Positions 17,148 to 24,700 of a stretch of DNA of 26,143 nt are shown piece after piece; within the stretch, counting starts at the first letter, position 1, and the number at the start of each line of letters is the position of its first letter. Source of the stretch: an uncultured archaeon (GTDB lineage: Archaea > Asgardarchaeota > Lokiarchaeia > Sigyniarchaeales > Promethearchaeaceae); NCBI GenBank assembly GCA_964426185.1, contig CAYRPF010000009.1:34702-60844 (forward strand), written 5' to 3'. A program made the position numbers and the translations under genes. The notes below the pieces were generated by a model. That model made no database searches. It was given only the letters and a program-made list of their open reading frames with translations, and was not told the DNA's origin.

Positions 17148-18725
17148 ATGATTTTAAAAAAAACTAAAAAGGAACTAGATCCATCCTTGGTTCAGCTTTC
17201 TTCCTTAGATTCACTTAGAAGACAGTCTTTAAACGGTGGAGGCTCCCAAAAAATCGAAAACCAGCATAAAAAGGGAAAATTGACCGCACGTGAAAGGATT
17301 GAACTGTTAGTCGATCCTGGTACATTTATAGAAATCGATGAATTTGTGATGCATCGGGCCATCAAATTCGACATGCAGCAGCAAAAATATCTTGGGGATG
17401 GTGTGGTAACTGGATTTGGACTGATTCACGGGCGAAAAGTGTTCATTTATAGCCAAGACTTCACCGTAATGGGGGGTAGTTTGGGAAATGCACATGCTAG
17501 TAAAATTTCAAAGATTATGGACTTAGCCATAAAAAACGGATGCCCTATAATAGGACTTCTCGATTCTGGGGGCGCGCGCATTCAAGAGGGTGTGGATTCA
17601 TTGGCCGGTTTTGGCGAAATTTTTCATCGTAATGTGCAAGCCTCCGGTGTGGTGCCACAAATTTCGGTCATTCTGGGCTCATGCGCTGGAGGGGCCGTTT
17701 ATAGCCCGGCTTTAACGGATTTCATCATTATGGGTGGGAATCATTCATATATGTTCGTAACTGGTCCGCAAGTTGTTGAATCTGTAACTAATGAAAAAGT
17801 TTCCTTTGAGGAATTGGGTGGCAAAGAAATACACGGAAAAACTTCAGGTGTTGCTCATTTGACTACTGCCACTGAAGAACAAGCATTAGACTTAGTAAAA
17901 ATCTTACTTTCTTATCTGCCCTCAAATAATCTGATGGATCCTCCCATAAATCCAGATTTTAATGAACCAGAAAATAGTGCCAATTTGAATAATCTCATTC
18001 CCAAAAAAGAGAATGAACCCTATGATATGATTATAGTAATTAAAGGAATTGTAGATGAAAATTCATTTTTCGAAATATTTCCACAATACGCGCCTAATAT
18101 TATTACTGGTTTCGCTCGATTGGAAGGAAATTCCATTGGGATTATTGCAAATCAACCCTTATCCTTAGGAGGGGCAATTGACTTTCATGCTTCTGATAAA
18201 AGTGGACGATTCATTCGATTTTGTGATGCATTTAATATCCCGTTAATTACTCTGGTTGATGTCCCAGGTTTTATGCCTGGAGTCAATCAAGAACATGCCG
18301 GCATCATTCGTCATGGTGCAAAAATGATTTATGCCTATGCAGAAGCTAGCGTTCCTAAAATTACGATTATTACTAGAAAAGCATACGGAGGTGCTTATAT
18401 TGTAATGGCTTCTAAACATCTAGGTGCTGATATGAATTTTGCTTGGAATACGGCTCAAATTGCCGTAATGGGAGCTGAAGGTGCCTGTAAAATTCTCTAC
18501 CGAAAAAAGATCAAAGCTTCACCTAATCCTAAAATTGCTTTGCAAAATTATATTACGGCTTACAAGCAAGAATTTTCTAATCCATATCAAGTTGCAGAAT
18601 TAGGTTATGTGGATAAGGTAATTTATCCCTCAGAGACACGTTCAATAGTTATTAATTCACTTAAATTTCTCACAAATAAACGTGAAAATGTTCCAAAACG
18701 CAAACATGGTGTGTTTCCAGTCTAA
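17148..18725 (+). CDS. Acyl-CoA carboxylase carboxyltransferase subunit (PccB/AccD/MmdA family)
   Basis: GKLTARERI, GDGVVTG, QDFTVMGGSLG, DSGGARIQEG, GSCAGGAVYSPALTDF, DVPGFMPG, RKAYGGAY, AVMGAEGA, KRKHG. Confidence 0.96.
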   Translation: MILKKTKKELDPSLVQLSSLDSLRRQSLNGGGSQKIENQHKKGKLTARERIELLVDPGTFIEIDEFVMHRAIKFDMQQQKYLGDGVVTGFGLIHGRKVFIYSQDFTVMGGSLGNAHASKISKIMDLAIKNGCPIIGLLDSGGARIQEGVDSLAGFGEIFHRNVQASGVVPQISVILGSCAGGAVYSPALTDFIIMGGNHSYMFVTGPQVVESVTNEKVSFEELGGKEIHGKTSGVAHLTTATEEQALDLVKILLSYLPSNNLMDPPINPDFNEPENSANLNNLIPKKENEPYDMIIVIKGIVDENSFFEIFPQYAPNIITGFARLEGNSIGIIANQPLSLGGAIDFHASDKSGRFIRFCDAFNIPLITLVDVPGFMPGVNQEHAGIIRHGAKMIYAYAEASVPKITIITRKAYGGAYIVMASKHLGADMNFAWNTAQIAVMGAEGACKILYRKKIKASPNPKIALQNYITAYKQEFSNPYQVAELGYVDKVIYPSETRSIVINSLKFLTNKRENVPKRKHGVFPV

Positions 18726-18767
18726 TTTTTTCTTTTGCTATTAATAATAATTTGATTAATCTAAATA

Positions 18768-18772
18768 GGTGA
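18768..18772 (+). promoter_or_regulatory. Archaeal-type ribosome-binding site for the megasynthase
   Basis: GGTGA 4 nt before ATG 18777. Confidence 0.6.
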
Positions 18773-18776
18773 TATT

Positions 18777-21700
18777 ATGAAAAAAATACATGAAATTCAA
18801 AAACTTTTGGGTAATTCTGTTCCAATTTGGGGATATAATCCTCAAGGGTTGAAAAATATGGATATTTTGTTGAGTATCTCGAGAAATAGTGGAATTGGGT
18901 TATTTAATACCGCAACCTTTTCAATCCAAGATATTAATGAAATCTTAATTCAAATCTCTCAAAAATTAGATGAAACAGCATATTGGGGTATTTTAATACA
19001 TGAAGATAGTATAATTCCACGTCTTATATTTCCATCATCTAGAATAATTGTTATTTGCTCGTTTTCTCCTTCTTCCGCCAATCTTTCATTATTACAGCAA
19101 AAAACAGTGATGATTGGGGCCGAGGTACTTACAACAATTGAAGCTAAGGAAAAATCAGGTTGGGCTGATTTTTTCCTAGTTCGGGGAAATGAAGCAGGAG
19201 GTGTCGTGAGTAACATTAATTCTTTCATTCAAATTCAAGAATTTCACAAAATGGGATATAGTTTTATTATTGAAGGCGGTTTTGGTATATTTAATGTTGG
19301 AGCTGCCCTTGTTGGAGGTGCATTCGGAGTAGTCTTTGAGTCTCAATTGTATTTATTGAAGGAATCACCTCTTTCTTCTGCATACAAATCATACTTAGTT
19401 TCACTTCAAGAGAACGATTTCTATTTGGCAGTCGAAAATGAAATGTTTAATTATCGTTTAATAGGAAAATTAGCAAACAAATCGATTCGAAAAATAAAAG
19501 CTCAAGAGAAAGCATTCTATCAATATCTCATCAGTCAAGATGAAAATATGTCTCGTAATTTTTTCGAACAGCATTTTAATGCTTATCTTGATAAGATTTT
19601 CTCAGAAAAATCGCGTATTCCTGACTGGACTTCAGACAATCCCAAACATGCTTTTATGCCTTGTGATCATGGTATAATTTTTGCTCGATATGTAGCAGAA
19701 TGTTATGAAGACATTGCTGGATTTATTCAAGGCTTGAAAAACCTGATCAAACACCAATACAATCAGATTAAAACTAATTGGCCTTTTCAAGAATGTAGCC
19801 CAATCGCGCAATTATTAAATATCAAATATCCAATAATCCAAGGCCCAATGGCGAATATAACTGAATCTTTGGAATATGCTCAAGTTATTGCAGAAAACGG
19901 CGCATTGCCAACATTTGCACTTGGTGGTTTAATGGATCATGAAGCAGATCTGTTATTGCAGAAAGTTTCGCAATCTCCCTTACAAAACAAATCTTATATG
20001 GCAGGAATAATCGGGTTAGAAGTAGTTAAAAAGCGTCGAAATGCTCAATTAGAATCAATCAAAAAATATAAAGTTCCTTTTACCTTAATTGCAGCTGGCT
20101 CGGTTGAGCTGGCCAAACAAGTCATTCGGCAAGGGGAACGGGTGTTTTTACATACTCCAGCTCTGTCTATGTTTCGAGAAGCAATAAAAAATGGAATAGA
20201 ATTTATGATTTTAGAGGGCAGTGAATGTGGTGGTCATATTGGGACTCTTTCATCTTGGGTTTTATGGGAAAACGTATTAGAATATTGTGTTCAAGAAAAA
20301 AGTAATCTACCAGAGCGAATGAATGTTATTTTTGCAGGTGGCATTATCGATTCCAATAGTAGCACTATGGTTGCAATGTTACTTGGGGAACATCTTGATC
20401 AAATAAATCCTGCTATTCAGATGGGAACTGCATATTTATTCACTCAAGAAATAGTTACCTCAAAAGCTCTTTCTTACGTTTATCAAAATCTATTGTTAGA
20501 TCATCAAACAACAAGAGTTATTGGAGCAACCGTTAACACCAGAGCCAGGGTTATACCTTCTTTATTTACTTATCTTACAATTAAAAAAGAATTTGAACGT
20601 ATTACTCAAAATTTACCCATTTCGAAGCGTAAAGATTTATATGAGAAAGATAATCTGGGTGCACTTCGAATTGCCGCTCAAGGTGAAATTTGGAATGCTA
20701 AACATGTTCCTGGGACTGGAACCACCCAATTTCTCCCGATTTCTCCAGAAAAGCAGAAAATATCAGGGGCATTTATGACTGGAGAGATTATTTCCCTTCG
20801 TAATTCGGTCGTTTCAGTTAAGAATCTCCATTATGATATCGTAAAGGGGGGATTTCATCACCTTTCGGACGAATTCTTAAAAAGATTTACTTCATCTACT
20901 AAAACGCCCCATATTATCCAAAATAGAGAAATAATTGCCAATCAAGAAATTTCTATTGATTCTCGTGTAGCAATTGTGGGATTGGGGGGTGTATTTCCTG
21001 ATTCTAATAATATCACTGAATTTTGGCAGAACATTTTAATGAGAAAGTATTCAATATCTGAAGTTCCCTCAGATCGTTGGGATGCAGAAATTTATTATAG
21101 TTCCAATAAAAATGAGCCAGATAAAACGTATACAAAAATCGGGGGTTTCATCAAAAATTTTCAATTTAAACCAATAAAATTTAGAATTCCTCCACAAATG
21201 GCTGCAAGAATGGATCCTGTACAAAAATGGGCTCTAACAGCAGCAAAAGAAGCATTGTTAGATGCAAAATTCCCCGTTGATGGTAAAAAACCCATTAATT
21301 TAGCCGTAATTTTAGGAAATTCTTTAGGAGGAGAAATTCAACGGACTAATGACAAAAGAGTATTGATTCAAGAAATTAAACATATTTTTCATCAAGCCAA
21401 ACAACTTAATATGGCAACAACCTCAAGTCTCGTAGAATTGCAAACATATCTTGAAAATGAGCTGATCAAAGATATACCTCCAATAAATGAAGATACAATG
21501 CCAGGTGAATTGTCAAATATTATTGCCGGAAGAATTTGTAATATATTTAATTTAAATGGTAAAAATCTAACCACTGATGCTGCTTGTGCTTCAAGCCTGG
21601 CCGCATTGGATACTGCAGTTAAAGGTTTATTATTTGGAGATTATGATGCAGTTTTAGCAGGTGGTGCCGATAGATCCATGGATCCTGCAGTATTTATCAA

Positions 21701-24700
21701 ATTTTCTAAAATTGGGGCGTTATCTGCTAAAAAATCATGCCCTTTTGATGCTGAAGCTGATGGCTTTGTCATGGGAGAAGGCGCCGGTTTTGTGGTTTTA
21801 AAACGATTATCTGATGCAATTCGCGATAATGATAAAATTTATGCTGTGATTAGAGGAATAGGGTCATCATCTGATGGCCGAGGCAAGGGAATAACTGCTC
21901 CGAATCCCCAAGGTCAACAAAATGCCATTTTACGTGCTTATAATGCTGCAAAAATATCTATCGATGATATCCAATATATTGAATGTCATGGAACATCAAC
22001 AGTTATTGGAGATGCTGCTGAATTAAAGGTACTTCAAGATATTCTTAAAAATAAAGGTGGAAATCAAAAAATTGCAATCGGTTCAGTTAAAAGTCAAATA
22101 GGTCATTTGAAAAGTGCTGCCGCGATTGCCGCATTAATCAAAACGAGTTTGGCGTTGTATCATAAAACTATCCCTCCGTCTGTAAATTTTAATACACCCA
22201 ATCCAAAAATTGATTGGGAAAAAGCACCCTTTTATGTAAATACTCAAACCCAGCCTTGGGAACTTTCTGAAAGTTCAATTAGAAGGGCGGGTGTTTCAGC
22301 ATTCGGATTCGGAGGTACGAATTTTCATGTAGTTTTGGAAGAATATTCCCCGCAAAACTTAGATTTTCCAAAAATATCTCTGCCGGTTTACCATCTAAAC
22401 GAAAATTTTCCTTCCTTATCTCAACCTATAAATAATTTTTCAGAAATCAACGAGGATCTCTCTTTAGTTTTGATGTTCAGTGGACAAGGAAGCCAATTTG
22501 TTGGTATGGGGAAGGAATTATATCAAAAAATACCCGTAATTCGTGAAGTGTTAGATCAAGCAAATAATATTTCTCAAAATTTTGGTAATTTTGATCTTTT
22601 AAAAATTATGTTTGGGGATCCTAAGCGCTCGTTGGAAGAAAATCAGAAGATTTTAACACAGACACAGTTTACTCAACCTGCAATCTTTAGCTTAGAAATT
22701 GCTTTATATCGTTATCTCACCCAAAAAGGTCTCTCTCCAGGAATTGTTGCAGGGCATAGTTTAGGTGAATATTCTGCTCTAGTTGCTTCTGGTGTAATTG
22801 ATTTTGAACATGCAATGAAAGCTGTGATTATTCGGGGAAAAGCAATGAGCGAAGCGAGTTCAGAAATTTCATGTGGAATGGCAGCTTTATTATGTTCACC
22901 TGAACAAGCAGGCAAAATTATATCCCAAATCAATAAGGGCTTTGTGTCGATTTCTAATTATAATTCTCCCCGTCAGACTGTTATCTCTGGTGATTTGGAA
23001 GGAATTAATGAAACATTGAAATTATGTCAAACAGCTAAAATTACTGCTATACAACTAAAGGTTTCTCAAGCATTTCATTCAAAATTCGTGGCAGGTGCTG
23101 GTTCGAAATTGGCGGAATTTTTAAATTCTATTCCATTTAAGGCTCCCCGTATTCCAATTTTTAGTAATGTTTTAGGAAGTCAATATCCTCAAGATCCTCA
23201 ACGAATTAAAGATATTTTGGTGGATCAAATCACTTCGCCGGTTCGGTGGACTCAAGAAATTGAGCAAATTTACAATAAAGGTGGTCGAAGGTTTGTAGAA
23301 GTTGGACCTAAGAAAGCTTTATTCTATTTTGCAAACGAAATTCTTAGGAAAGAAAAGAACACAAAGTATTGGTTTACATTGTCTCCTAAAAATCCTGAAG
23401 TTGAACATCTTCAACAAACTATTGAGTCTGTTCTGAAAGAGGAAAATAAAATCCTTAAAAAGAAAAATTACAGAATTGATGCAAGTTTCACTTCACAAGC
23501 ATTCGATAGCAGAAGAGGTAATCCTTCAAAATCACCCCTTAGCATCTTAGAATCTGATAAGGAACTAAAAAAAATAATTAATCAACCTAATTTTGCGGAT
23601 TTTATCCGACATCAGAAAGATATTTTAATTCCTCTGTTGAAGTCCAACTTTAAGCAATATAATAAGATTCAAGTGTTGGAACAACAGCAAAGGCTAAAGC
23701 ATGAATCTCTAAACAAAATTTCATCAATTCCTTTGGGAATTACTGGAGTAGGTATTGGCCTACCGGGGAAAAATCGAAAAGTTTTCGATGATTCTAATAT
23801 TCAAGCAATTCTTCGGGGAGATAATTTTATTGAGCCTATTGATGAAAGATTAAAATATGACATTCTCGAGAAAAATATCGTTCGATTGAATAAAACTTCG
23901 ACAGGGCGCGCCTCTTTTATTGAGATTAATGACATTTCTCAAGTTATCCATCTTGCTGGTCAGATCGGGGAATTTTCTCCAGAAAAGGATTTCTTATTGA
24001 ATGAAAAATTACTCCATGCTTTAGATATTACTTCAAAATTAGCCATTGGGGCTGGATTTGAAGCGTTGAGAGATGCTGGAATCCCCTTGGTAAAATCTGA
24101 ACTGATAACTTCTACTGGAAAGAAAATTTCGGGTGATTGGGCACTTCCCGAAGAATTACAAAAGAATACAGGAGTAGTTTTTGCTTCTGCATTTCCTGGT
24201 TATGATAATTTTGCAAAGGATTTAACAACTCAACTAACTCAAAAATTTGAAAATCAAACCAAGAATCTTATTATTTCCAAGGTTAATCAACTTTTAGAAA
24301 AAATCGAACATCCCGTAATTAAAAAAGACTTACGCAAGTGGTTTGAAAAAGAAAAACAATTACTAACAGGAAAACAGCAAGATCTTCAAAAATTCAACAA
24401 ATCATTCCTATTTAGAATTCTTTCTATGGGGCATTCTCAATTTGCCCAGATAATAAAAGCTAAAGGACCAAACACTCAAATTAATGCTGCATGTGCAACT
24501 ACAACACAAGCATTTGCAATCGCCGAAGATTGGATTAAAACAGGAAGATGCAATCGTGTTATAATAATTTCAGGAGATTGTCCGACTACTAATGATCTAT
24601 TCCCTTGGTTGGGTGCAGGTTTTGTTGCAAGTGGCGCTGGTACAATCAAGCAAACATTAGAAGAAGCGGCTTTACCGTTTGGTAAAGGGCGAAATGGTTT

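Noticed and set aside
198-17495. Other small overlapping ORFs (e.g. 198-464, 388-702, 5355-5651, 5847-6143, 11445-11759, 11763-12137, 13402-13638)
   Set aside because: They overlap well-supported genes and have no recognisable motifs
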